Shown here in pieces: positions 38,532 to 51,635 of a stretch of 64,000 nucleotides of DNA (position 1 is its first letter; every line of letters begins with the position of its first letter). The notes under the pieces are model-generated. The model was given only the letters and a program-made list of their open reading frames with translations. It was not told the origin of the DNA and made no database searches. The DNA comes from Heptranchias perlo. Lineage: Eukaryota. The position numbers and the translations under genes were made by a program. Location: assembly GCF_035084215.1 (NCBI RefSeq), contig NC_090357.1, positions 8,246,001-8,310,000 on the forward strand, given 5' to 3'.

Positions 38532-40736
38532 GACGGTGTCAGGTTCTCAAATCTCTGTAAAGGCAACACAGGTTTTCAGAACTAGAGAACTGAATGGATA
38601 CAATCATTACATTTAGAGTGGTTTTTGGAATATAGTATTCATTACCAACTGTACAAAGAAGACATAGGATCAAATTATTAATAACATTTATTGTTCAGTC
38701 TGCTCGAGTCACTGGATTCGCACTACCTCCACCTCTCATAGATAATGAGAAGTCAGCAAGGGTGTTCCCAGGTCCTGGGTAGTTGACAGATCTTTTTTTT
38801 ATTCTCCCCGCCTCCCAAACCCATCTCATTCTTATAATCATTCTTAAACGTTCCCTTTTCTTCTCACCCTTTTAGTTCTTCAGATCTTTCTTTCTCAGCG
38901 CACCAAAACTGCGGAACTTCCTCCCTCCCTCGGTCTTCCCTTCTTTCATAAATCATCAGGCTTTTAAAACTCAAGCTTGGCCTCACGTAATCACCAATTC
39001 CTGGTGTTTACTCTTTCAAACCTTGTGTCAGGCCTCCAACATTGTTCCTTGGACTCTCTATTTAATAAAACATTACAGAGAATGCAAATAGGTAAAAGTA
39101 CAAGAAAGCATTCTTGTTTTTTGCAGCTTCTGACATCTCTTAGTTGTTTTACAGGCTGCCTATTTCCTTCATTTGAATTTGACTGACTGCTTGCTGTAGA
39201 AACTGAGTCCAAATCCACCCCAGACTGATAGGATGAAAGCCTTGCTCTCTCTGCCTCTCTCTGTTGTTTGTTAAGGGTTCTATGTGAAAGAAGTTTGGGT
39301 AACTTCAGCCCACCCTCCTACTAGGAAGCAGCCCACTGTACTGAAAGCTTCCTCCTATTTTCTATTCAATGGCACAAAAATTAGCAATCGTATTCAGACA
39401 GGCCATGGGAAAGGCTGTTGTGAGAAGTGGGAATATTCACAATGGAGCAGCAGAGGTTTGCCTGAGATTGGATTATTGGAGCAGAGTAAATGGATATTTT
39501 CTGCAGTTGACTGTTCTTCTACTGACCTGAATGCCTCACCCTGACACTGGGCGAGAACATTTTGGAAGAAGTGTTCCATTCCCTAGAATTGCCTACCGTC
39601 GCCGATTGAGGTGAATAAGCTGCCGATCTTCCAAAATTCTAGTAAGAGGAGGACTATCCAAGTGGTCTACATCCGTACCAATCAGTTGTCAAATAGCAGA
39701 CCTTGTGGATTCATTACTGACTAGAACTAACAAGCGGTCAAGTTAATAGGTTAAACTAGTGATACCAGATGGAAAGTGGGGCACAAAATAAAAATTGGGA
39801 CTAAGAAGGAAAGTCAGGTGGAAATTTTTCACCCACATCCCAGCCCAATAGAACTGTGGAATAAGTTACCAGGGAAGGCCCTCTAAACATATGGTACAAA
39901 AGGGATCAAGAGAGAATAGGATGCGTTTCTGGAGAAAGAATGAATTGGCGGAGCTAACTGCTGATAAAGAGACAGGGTTGTTAGGCCCTATTGGTCTTTT
40001 CTTGTTCCTAAAGATCCTTGTGTCATATATAACTTCCACTCTCCCTCCAGACCAGTGTAAATGTTTCAGATTGATCAGTTCAAACTTTCTCAAAGTGTCA
40101 GGAAGTTATTCTTTCTGGTCACTTTACTGGACATTGGTTGGAACCCTCTGAAAGATGGTCATTTTTACCGAAAAGACTACGTCTATTGTACTGGCTGCCG
40201 ATAAGAATTATTGTAAAAAGAATACACACAGCAGGCTTTTAAATATAAAAAATTTGCAAGGAACCTAAACATTTTCCACAATTACTAAAATTAAATGTCG
40301 AGAAATATAATTTTTGAACTGACGTTTAAAGGATGCCTTTTTTAAGCCTAAGACCAATAAATTTATTTATGCTTGGTGACAGTAATTCCAGCAAAAACAT
40401 ATGCAAGCAGATTCATATATTGCTCCTGTACCTGCTCAGCATCAGGTCTTTGTGATTTAGTGGATTAGCACTGTTCCCTTTTACCTCTGGGTTTAAATTC
40501 AGCCCAGACTGATGTTATGAGTCTTGTGTGGATTCACAGTTGCATGTATCTCAGAACTAGTTGGCACTAACTTGACAGTCTCAATCAGAGAAGCTGCAAC
40601 AATGGCTGGTGCAGAAAACTGAAATGTTACAATGACGCAGGGCAGAGTTGTTTCCCTGAGTTGGAAGATGAAGCATGCTCCTGGGCAGGGATAACTTCAC
40701 ATTCCAACTGTTCCAGGCAACACATAACCTGAACCA

Positions 40737-40995
40737 AAAGCAAAATACTACGGATGCTGGAAATCTGAAATAAGAACAGAAAATGCTGGAAATACTCAGC
40801 AAGTCAGGCAGCATCTGTGGAGAAAGAAACAGAGTTAACGTTTCAGGTCGAAGACCTTTTGTCAGAACTGGAAGAAGTTAAAGATTTAACAGTTTTTAAG
40901 CAAGTACAGAGCCAGGGAAAGAGGGGGAGGAAGGGGAGGGGAGGAAAGAACAAAAGAGAAGGTCTGTGATGGGGTGGAGGGCAGGAGTGACCTGA
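40737..40995. mobile_element. Penelope-like element end
   Basis: aaaatactacggatgctggaaatctgaaata..acagaaaatgctggaaatactcagc..gtcaggcagcatctgtggag, recalled as a common shark repeat terminus. Confidence 0.6.
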
Positions 40996-42269
40996 ACCCT
41001 GAGTTTCTTTTCTTAAATCCTTAGTAAAATGATGCAGAACACTGCAGTTACAAGGTGTGTTTATGCTGCAGATACCAGTCTGAGACTGACAGCTTACCAG
41101 TTTAGACTGACTGGCTCCAGAGAGGTGTGTGCTTGTTTACAGGCAAGTGCAGAACTCCCAGTTGTTAGGAGTTACTCAGAGTGGGAGGGTCTGCAATCTC
41201 TAAATATTAAATTAACAATGGGTCAGCTCAGGAGCCCCAGTGAACCCATGGTGACTTTTATCACCAGAGTTGACATCACACTAGATTTACAGCCCATATG
41301 ATGTCCAAACTCAAGTGAAGTGAGAATGCCTCCTCCAGGAACTCTCACACCACTTCCCTCCGGAGATGGGTCAGGACCTGACTCCGCAGTTATACTGCAC
41401 CTTTAGTATTGCTGTGAAGCAGGAGCTGCTTTTTAGTCACACTAACATTGCCTTATGAACAAACCCTTAAAATCTAATATACATTTCACATGAAATTAGT
41501 TTGTTTGCATTTTTTTGAAATGCAGAAATTCAACCTAATTCATTTCTTGTTGGAAACGGTCAAATCTGTAATGGAACAATCCTCAGCCGGAGTAACGTGA
41601 GCTGTTGTCACAAATTGATCCTATGATGACCTACAAAGAATCAACTGAATATAAATAATCACCATTTTATTCACTACATGCCCTCTAAAATGTTGATTCC
41701 ATCCATCTATCTATATAGATAGGTAGTTGGATAGATAGATAGATCTATAATAGTTTGGGATACATCCACTACACTTCAGGCATCACACTGTGTCAAGTGT
41801 GCAAATTTCTTTGTCACACTTCAAAAATAGTATATAAAAAAAGAAAGCCGGTCATTTCTTCCAGGTTTCAGAGGAGCTTCCTCAGCAGCGGAGAATATCC
41901 TCAATTGACCTCAGCATCTGTCTACTTACCGCAGTAAGACTTGCGGTCTTAAAGGGACAGGCCACCAGGAGTGGGAATCCTGGAAGGTTTGTCCAGGGAT
42001 GATGATGACAATTGTAGTGCCATTGTCACTGTGCTGGCTCAGACTAACTAACTCAACACAGACCAGATATTGGACCAGGGATTGACCCAGTCTATGTTGC
42101 TCGGTGTCACACTGGACATTTAGCCACAGAACCATCTGGGAACCCGAGCAAAATTGGATATCAAAAAAGGCTGTTCATTGGACCATCACTGGAGAAAGTT
42201 TTCATATCATTTTACTAGTTTTCTTGCACTGCTGTCTAAACCTCAGAGAACACGAGAAACATCTCTTAC

Positions 42270-42580
42270 CTGGCTCAAATTAGTCCTCCTGCTCCCTGTA
42301 TGTCTGCTTTCTGAATCCTCAGACTGCTGAGGTTTATTAACTGATATTATCTGTCACATCTGATAAGGAAAGGAACAGTTAACTGATTTGAGTTGCTTTT
42401 TTCTTACATGTGGAGGCATAGGATCAAGGATCAAGATTTTTGACCTTTCAGTGTTTGTGTCTAGCAAACATTAACAGAATGTTGAACAAAGTTACCAGTT
42501 GATATTCATCTAATTAAACAGTGGTCAATTGTATCTGTGTCTGGCTGTAAAGTTGCTGCAAACAGCCCTGTCCTTGAGAG
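42270..42580 (-). promoter_or_regulatory. gene B non-coding exon 1 and promoter
   Basis: Donor CAG|gtaaga at 42270/42269; TTAATAAA at about 42333-42340; paired GATA sites; tgacctttca nuclear-receptor half-site; TGTTTG FOXA-like site; colinear with 28725-29070. Confidence 0.7.
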
Positions 42581-42755
42581 ACAGAAGTAAACCCATAGCT
42601 GAAGTGAATGCTTCTGAAAACTCCTGTTCACAGTAATAAAGGAAATCCCAGCACGACTGACAAGCAGGACACAAGTGGAGTGGATTGGAATCATGTCATG
42701 TCACTTCACATCAGGTCACACACTGTGCCTTTGAGACAGACAAAATGAACGTTAT

Positions 42756-42952
42756 GGAGATAATTTTAATCTAATCTGCCCGGGCGGGAAACTGACGTTT
42801 TGGGTGGATCCCGATTTTGCTCCACGCCCGATTTTACTTTCCACTGACTTCAATGGAGATGAAAGTCGGGCGGGGAGTAAAACCAGCATTCGACCCGATC
42901 CCATCAGTTTTCCGCAGGGGTTGGGGGGGGGGGGGAGGTTAAAATTACCCCC
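42756..42952. mobile_element. Harbinger-type MITE
   Basis: TIRs ggagataattttaatct / aggttaaaattaccccc, TAT duplicated on both sides, internally palindromic. Confidence 0.75.
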
Positions 42953-44709
42953 TATAGTACAACTCAATCTGCTCAGGGAGTACATGCAACACTAGCCCTT
43001 CTCAAAACAGCCAGTTCACCATCAGGTTGTGGTTGTATTCATTTTAGGCCTTGTATGATAGGAATTACAACTGCTGGCTAAGTGCTTAATGGCTGAAATG
43101 TACCACAATATGGATAAACCGCAATTATATTTACATAGGGTTTCTCCACCAAGTTCATTGGGTTCATTAGTAACAACCTGTGTGCCATAATTGTCTTTTG
43201 CATACACAAATAGAACATTTATTAAAATTATTTCTGACATTGAGGAACATACTTGATAATGTACAGCATGTTTAAGACTGTAAGATGGAGGAGCACTCTC
43301 AATGGCTCAGAAAAGCCTTTCAGAGCACAAAGGTTCCAGGTTCCATCCCTGGTTTTGTGGAGCTCTACGTCTCCCTCACCTCCACCATTGATGCCCTTGT
43401 TCCGCAGTAAAATCTTCACACTGTCCCACCCCGGTCGTTCCCCTAGTATGTCCCCCCATCTTCACTTCCTCAAGTCTAAGGGGGGGGAGGAGGCGGGGCT
43501 GAGTGTACCTGGTGCACAACTGGTTTAGCCACCCGTCACCAGATCTGGCTGGACCATATCAAGTGCTAGCGGGCCTCACTCTCCTCTGCCAAAACTGCCC
43601 ACTATTCCAGGATAGTGAGGGTGTTGGTGAGAGGGGTTTAAGGAGACAGTTGGTAGTGGAGGAAAGAAGCCAGGAGTTATTTTTGTTCTTCAGGATGATC
43701 CTGGAATAACAGTATTTTGAGGCTATTTATGAACCTTCCTCTTGTTTTTTTTTTGTTTCTACTTAGTCAATTGGAAGGCTTTGAGACATGGTCTTACACT
43801 GCCACTTTATGGTATGTTCATGGTATGGGGGACAATGGATTTCCCAATGGAAGTCCCTCTTTACTTAGATTTTTTGGAGAACACAGAGGAGGAGCAATAG
43901 AAGAATGTCCGACAGGTAAGCTGCACCTCTCTCCCAGAAACCCCAGCCCCACCACTACCACCACCACCACCCATTCCTTTCAACAGAGTAACCTCTGACT
44001 CATTCTGAGCAACATCAAGGCAAATCCACTAGTGTGGATAATATACAGATATTAGATCATCAGTGTACATAGGAATGCAATATTAAAACATACCTCGATG
44101 CATACACGAGGTCTGCTGACTCCTTACTTCCCTCAGTCTTTATTTCCTTTAACGATGTACAGACCTTTAAAACCTATGCTTGGCATCACCTAACTACTAC
44201 TTCTCAATTTACCTTGCCTTCTTGTTTATGTGCCTCGGTCCTCCACCAAGGTATATCTGAAGCAAAGGGAATGGCCAGGGTACAGTACAGTGCATGGCAG
44301 TTGTGCAGTCTTCCATTGTTTTCAGAGTCTGTCATAAGAGTTTTAGGAAGACAGCACTGATTGTCACACAATAGGACAGGATGAGGGGTAGAACAGCAGT
44401 TAAGATGAAGGTTCCTTAGGGGAGAAAAAAAAGAGGGTAAACATTTCCTTTCTAGTTTGAAGTGTCCTTAATTGTTATTATTGATATTCATCCAGGAAAG
44501 ATCTGCCAAGTCTGGGGTTCCCTCTCATAGGGGAACTCCTTCGATGATGCTGGCTACAGGTGAGGGAGGGAGCAGCTGTATAGGAAATCCCAGAAGCTGC
44601 ATTCTCAACATTCCCGGTGCTAATTGGCAGCCTTCCGGGATAGAACTTTTATTTTAAAATCACCAGATTTAACACAAGCAGTCATTACTCTGATGACTCA
44701 GTTTGAAAG

Positions 44710-46085
44710 TTTTTTTTAATTCATTCATGGGATGTGGGCATCGCTGGCGAGGCCAGCATTTATTGCCCATCCCTAATTGCCCTTAAGAAGGTGTGTGGTG
44801 ACGGTTCTCTCACAGTGCTGTTAGGAAGGGAGTTCCAGGATTTTGACCCAGCGACGATGAAGGAACGGCGATATATTTCCAAGTCGGGATGGTGTGTGAC
44901 TTGGAGGGGAACGTGCAGGTGGTGTTGTTCCCATGTGCCTGCTGCTCTTGTCCTTCTAGGTGGTAGAGGTCGTGGGTTTGGGAGGTGCTGTCGAAGAAGC
45001 CTTGCCGAGTTGCTGCAGTGCATCCTGTGGATGGTACACACTGCAGACACTGTGGGCCGGTGGTGAAGGGAGTGAATGTTTAGGGTGGTGGATGGGGTAC
45101 CAATCAAGCAGGCTGCTGTGTCCTGGATGGTGTCGAGCTTCTTGAGTGTTGTTGGAGCTGCACTCATCCAAGCAAGTGGAGAATATTCCATCACACTTCT
45201 GACTTGTGCCTTGTAGATGGTGGAAAGGCTTTGGGGAGTCAGGAGGTGAGTCACTCGCTGCAGAATATCCAGCCTCTGACCTGCTCTTGTAGCCACAGTA
45301 TTCATATGGCTGGTCCAGGTAAGTTTCTGGTCAATGGTGACCCCCAGGATGTTGATGGTGGGGGATTCAGCGATGGTAATGCCGTTGAATGTCAAGGGGA
45401 GGTGGTTAGACTCTCTTGTTGGAGATAGTCATTGCCTGGCACTTGTCTGGCACGAATGTTTCTTGCCACTTATCAGCCCAAGCCTGGATGTTGTCCAGGT
45501 CTTGCTGCATGTGGGCACGGACTGCTTCATTATTTGAGGGGTTGCGAATGGAACTGAACATTGTGCAATCATCAGCGAACATCCCCATTTCTGACCTTAT
45601 GATGGAGGGAAGGTCTTTGATGAAGCAGCTGAAGATGGGTTGGGCCTAGGACTCTGCCCTGCGGAACCCTGCAGCAATGCCCTGGGGCTGAGATGATTGG
45701 CCTCCAACAACCACTACCATTTTCCTTTGTGCCAGGTATGACTCCAGCCACTGGAGAGTTTTCCCCCTGATTCCCATTGACTTCAATTTTACTAGGGCTC
45801 CTTGGTGCCACACTCGGTCAAATGCTGCCTTCATGTCAAGGGCAGTCACTCTCATCTCACCTCTGGAATTCAGCTCTTTTGTCCACGTTTGGACCGAGGC
45901 TGTTATGAGGTCTGGAGCCGAGTGGTCCTGGCAGAACCCAAACTGAGCGTCGGTGAGCAGGTTATTGGTGAGTAAGTGCCGCTTGATAGCACTGTCGACA
46001 ACACCTTCCATCACTTTGCTAATGATTGAGAGTAGACTGATGGGGCGGTAATTGGCCGGATTGGATTTGTCCTGCTTTTTGTGAT
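44710..46085 (-). mobile_element. non-LTR retrotransposon, 3' 1.4 kb with frameshifted RT
   Basis: QFGF...ALDMKAAFDRVWH; VPQGRVLGP; MFADDCT; ILGVTIDQKL; YKAQVRSVMEY. Confidence 0.9.
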
Positions 46086-46782
46086 CATCACAATTCTTCT
46101 TCTCATCTAACAGCTACACAGTCATCTGGTGTTTATTTCCCAGATATAATGAGCTAAAAGACAGATGTGTTTTCAAAGTATATTGCTTTTTACTACCTAC
46201 TTTTTTTTATACATAAAGGCGGTTGCAATTCTATATATCACAGATAAGAACATTTTAAAACACAAAATAACAGCAGGCAGCAGAATTTTTGTACAGCAGT
46301 TTATTTTACAAATCAGAAAGGTACAACCAGCAAAGCATACACGACAGCCCCAACTATACGAGGCTCCTACCGATGACGTCCTCACACCAAATTCGTAGCG
46401 CACCAAATTCTGTAATTTCAGGGGACCAAAGGAAGCAGTGCTGCAGGCCAACAGATCCCTAATGAGATCAACACTGGATTTTGTGACTACTGGGCAAAGC
46501 TCCAACCCCAGCATGCATGTCACCCATTTAAATGAACTCACGACAGACCAGCAGACCTGGCTTGCTTTTGCCCAATCCTTAAAGCAAGGTTGCTGTTGTT
46601 TGAGTTGGTGAACTGTATTTATTTTGGCAGTGAGCATTTATCTATCTTTGCATTTAACATCTTGCATAATATTTTTCCCTGTGCATTTCTGGATTTTTGA
46701 CAAGTCTTTAGTTTACGAGGTAAGACTTTTTCTGCAACTTTGGCAATTGCTCTGCATAACAAGTTGCAGCTAACCTGGGAGG

Positions 46783-47380
46783 ATGGGAATCTCTCTTACC
46801 GTTGCCATTGGGCTGTATGAATTTGATGAGTTTTGCAATTTCATGAAGGAATTCAAATCCAGTGACAACTCGGGCACGAGGTGTACTCCTATCAATTACC
46901 CAAGGACCTCCACAGACAACGTCACTCCTACCTGGGTATGTCAGAAGAGGCCTCTCTTCGTCACCAAAGAGGCAGTGACTGGGCTGTGTCATCTGCTGCG
47001 GGCTAACTTGCAGATAACTTCAAGGGCTGGGATGGTTCTTTCCGTAAGGGTGAAGATCGCAATGGCCCTAAACCTCTATGCAACATGATCCTTCTGCGCC
47101 ACCGCCAGATAAGCCATCTGCAATTCATACCTGTACAAGGCAAGTGGCTGGTGCCATGCTTGCCAGAACCACCATTATCACTTTCCTAGTGATAAGGAGA
47201 CAGCAACTGGAGAGGACACAGAACATTTACTAGCTGTCAGGCTTCCAAGAATTAAGGCAGGTATCAGTAGAACCCATATGCCTATCAGAGCTCCACACAT
47301 TAATCCATAACTGAACAGGAAGGGATGCCACTCAATGAATGCTCAGGTGGTTTTTGACCATGTTTAAGTGATCTGTGTGT
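46783..47380 (+). mobile_element. degraded Harbinger transposase remnant
   Basis: TKEAVTGLCHLL...VKIAMALNLYAT; later NRKGCHSMNAQVVFDH (Harbinger catalytic-domain motif) interrupted by stops. Confidence 0.7.
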
Positions 47381-48139
47381 GAGAAGGTCAATTGTGGTGG
47401 AGGCCTACAGCCATTTCTGACAATGGAGTAGCTGCCAATAAATGCCCACTCTCTGTCACTTCAGCAATTCATTGAGTGGCCTGGGTGGAATGGGAGAATG
47501 TTTGAACATCTGAGAGGAAGCCAGTGCAATATGGATGCTTATCCAATACTAGGATAAAGGACAATAAACAGATCTTTGGCTTGCATCTGGCTGTGCAATA
47601 ACATTTTTCTGAAGGAGGCTCCTGTTTGAAAGGCCAAGGACCATACTCCATAAAATCACCAATGTTGAAAAGAGCAGGAGAAAAGATACAATAAATAGTG
47701 ACTGGGTCATGCCACGCTTCAGCTTTGAAAGCCTATTGATTGTAGGGGAAGAGTGAGGAGATGAGGAGATCCAAATTTTGAAAATAAAGTTAGAGGTGGT
47801 GCAAGTCTTTATTTCAGCACATTGAAGATGCAAGGAGTAGGAAGATTGTGTATTTGATATATCTGGTGCTTAGCAGGAACAAAAGATGAAAACTAGCCAT
47901 AATGGCATTGATAAGCTGGAGAGACAAGAAAAATTGCGACAGAGAGGTTGGATATAAGAGTCAAGAGAAGGATTGTCTCTCTGTCGACAAACTTTTTCTT
48001 GTATCCTGTCCATGACTGCAAAGAGGTGCAGAAAGAACCTCCCCAAATGTCGAAGCAGCTAAAGAATGAGGACCTGATACTGATACCTGATATTGGCTGA
48101 TGCTGACATGTGTGAAAAGTTTTCGCCCTGGTTCAGTGG

Positions 48140-48350
48140 TAGAACTCCTCAACCAACATCACTAAGAACAGATGATCTGGTCATTTATCTCATTGCTGTT
48201 TGTAGGACCTTGCTGTACACAAATTGGCTGCTGTGTTTCCCGATATTACAACACTGTCTACACTTCAAAAATGTGCTTCATTGGCTGTAAATTGCTTTGA
48301 GTCGTCATGAGGTCATGAAAAGTGCTATATAAATGCAGGTTTTTTTTCTT
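48140..48350 (+). mobile_element. DeuSINE 3' half
   Basis: Deu core and tail. Confidence 0.7.
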
Positions 48351-48919
48351 TCTTCTTTGTAACTTTGATAACTCTCACCTTGATGCCAAAACACAGCAAA
48401 ATACAGAGAATGTTCCCACTACAAATATCTGCAACATGTGTAAAAAACATAGTTCAGGCTAAAATAAATATTGACTTCTCCCTTCTGTAAATACTGCAAA
48501 AAAATCTTTGTTTTTTGGCCGGACAAGGAATTAAAAAGGACTTTGTGGAGAACAACATGTTACTGGTGACGTCCATAACTCAAGTTAATTAATAAACCTA
48601 AAGACTGGATTCTGAGTACACTTCTGTAAACCATTTACCCAATTTTTAAAATCAACACTAAGGAGACTACAGTCCTAAATAACATCTGGGATAAATACTT
48701 GGTCAAAGTGAAATTGCAATCAGGAGGCTCAGATGACCTTATTTACCACATGAACAAAGCTTGGGTACTTTGCGAATGTTATATGAACCCCAAGTTTCTT
48801 TCTACTACTGAGAAACTTTGGGAAGGGGCCGAGGCACATGGTGCAAAAACATGCCTAAATTATAAGTGGCAAGAAGTAGAGGTTAGATCTGTAGGATTCT
48901 ATGAAGAGTGAGGAGACAA

Positions 48920-49671
48920 GGGGCATAACTTTTACTCGGAGCCGGGTACCCCATGTGTCCTCAAATATTCGTGTGGGGAACCCAGAAGCCAATTGAGTGC
49001 GTTGCAATCTGCTGGCTGCCTGTCGGCAGTAAAAGGAGCTGCAAATCAGAGAGGGGGGCAGGAGGGAGAGAGAGATCATCGGACTCGGAATACATCAGAG
49101 TGGGTGGAAGGTGGGGCGACGTGGACAGCATCAGGGGGGTCAGCTAGCATTGGACATGGTGAGGGGGAGGGGGAGGGGGGGGGGAGGTCAGTCAGCATCG
49201 AACATCGGGTCAGCCAGCATGGGAGATCGGGGTGGGGGGTCCACCATTGTCGGGGGGAGAGGGTTGGTCGGCAGATTGTGGGGTTCCTGTCTGCCAGGTG
49301 AGCTTGTTGGGCCTGGATGAAGCACTCCTGCTCCTCCGGGCCCACACACCTCATGGCTACGGCCATTCCCACCTGCTTTCACCTGACGTGAATCGGAAAT
49401 GATGGGAAACCCGAACAGGTACATTTTAAGTGTCCAATACACAAAATATTAAGTACCTCAAGTAACTCAGTGAGGTACATTGCCCTTTAGAGTATGGAAC
49501 TCGCCAGCTTTAAGTGGGAGCGGGACTTCCTGGTGTCTGCTGTGCACACGCACACAAACCTGCCTGGGTTAAACCCAGAAGTGGGCAAGTTAGAACCAGG
49601 ATGCGGCCCCGCTCTGAAAAACCTCCCACCCGACCTCAACCTACCCGTTCTTGGAAGTTAAAATTTACCCC
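48920..49671. mobile_element. GC-rich non-autonomous DNA transposon (Harbinger-like)
   Basis: Right end gttaaaatttacccc resembles the TIR of the 42756 MITE; CpG-rich interior. Confidence 0.5.
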
Positions 49672-51169
49672 AAGGAATTCCAGAGTTTTGACCTCCTGGG
49701 AAAGAATGAGTTGGGGTAGGAGTCAATCTGATTAATACTGATTTTAACACTGAGATGATCCAGGGAAGAGTTTAAGCTTGTAGGATGGCATGTTTGGAGC
49801 TTAGGAAATACAGTGCTACTATACAGTGTCTGGGTTATTGCTATCCTGAGGAGTTAAATCCACCACAGTTGTGCAGGCTAAACTAATTCCTCCATGAGGG
49901 TCCTCTGAAGACAACAATTCTGGTTCTATAACATTGACCAATTGAGAGATATGATAGCAATTGAAATTAAATTAAATTTGAGATTAAAAGTCATTAAAGC
50001 AGAAAGATAAAGAAAGACTAACAAAAATTTCAGTAAAGATGTTTTTCCTGGTTAGAAATACATTTCATTTTATTACCGATTTTGTCCCCCTTCGGACATT
50101 CACTATTTCGATCAACCAGGAACCTGCTTAGGAATCATATTCTTAAGAAAATCTAGAAATAAACATCTAAGATCAGTTGGAATGCTGACTCAGAGGCATC
50201 AAAACTTGGAACAATCATTATCAGCATCACTCGCGACCATTGTTTTTTATAGTCATAAATTAAATTTGACCTACTGTTGGCCATGTAATATTTCTAGGAA
50301 AAGAGAGAAAATACTTTAATAAGGGGGAGTCACATTACAAAAAGTAAGATTTTTTTTAAAACTGCAATAAAAATCCCATGCTAAAAGGATCAAGAAAGAC
50401 AACACTGTTTGAGTAACATAAGCTGTATTTCTCCACAAACTTTGTTCTGACTGATGCCAAACAATAGAACATTTTGTACTTTGTATCTACTAAGGCTATT
50501 CACAGACGGTGATGTGAACGTCTGCAGATCTGAACATTTGATATTTCAGATCCTCTGCAAATACTGTGACATAATGGACAGAGAGTTCCTCTTTGCATTA
50601 GTTGTCCAAAAATCATGAACCCATTCTTTATAAATTCAACTGCAATTTCACTATATAAGTCCATCAATGAAATCATCTTGTGCAAGAAGTTCACAGGAAG
50701 AATGGAAAATTCACTGAGCAGTTGGTGTCAAAGCATTTGGAAACACTCAATGCTGATGCCAAAAAAAAAGATCCCCCTTTAAGGTAATTTTGATAGATGT
50801 CAACATCACGTAAACCCAATCAACCCTTCTGTTATAATACCTAATGGAATAGCAGTATTTTGCTTTTGATTTATTGTATTGCCACATTCAGTTCATGATG
50901 ACCAATACTGTACAAAATAAAACTAGATCAGTCCATTGGATGTGAAATAAAACCAAAGTCACATTGGCCTGTTGCAGTCGTTTAGGCAGACTTTAAAGAT
51001 TCAATGGCACTATCTAAAAAGCGAGAAGCTCTCCCAGTGGCCTGACCAACATTCCTTGAGTGAAACAGATTAACTAGTCATTCATCCCAATTCTGTTTGT
51101 GGGACCTTGCTGTGCACAAAATATCTGCCATCTTTGCTTGCATAAAAATTGCTGCATTTCAAAGTAATT

Positions 51170-51635
51170 CTCCTTAGAGCAGAGAAGGTTAAGCAGAGAT
51201 TTGATAGAGGTGTCCAAAATCATGAAAGGTTGTGATAGAGTAAATAAGGAGAAACTGTTTCCAGTGGCGGAAGGGTTGGTAACCAGAGGACACAGATTTA
51301 AGGTAATTGGCAAAAGAACAAGAGGCGACATGAGGAAAAAATGTTTATGCAGCGAGCTGTTATGATCTGGAGTGAAAGGGCCACTGGAAATTGTGAAGTT
51401 CACTAAGCTGCAGAAACTGATAGTTTACTAAAGAGTAGTCAGGGTGTCATTTTTTTTTTAAACAAGCATCATGGAAGCAGGTTTGATAATAATTTTCAAA
51501 AGGGAATTGGATAAATACTTGAAAGGGAAAAAATTGCAAGGCTATGGGACTGATTGAATAGCTCTTTCAAAGAGCCGGCACAGGCACGATGGGCCAAGTG
51601 GCCCCCATCAGTGCTGTATTATTCTATGATTCTAT
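51170..51635 (+). mobile_element. CR1 3' fragment
   Basis: LEQRRLSRDLIEVSKIMK...TRGHRFKV; attctatg tail. Confidence 0.8.

Noticed and set aside
44760-46014. Functional reverse transcriptase
   Set aside because: 5'-truncated, frameshifted LINE copy.
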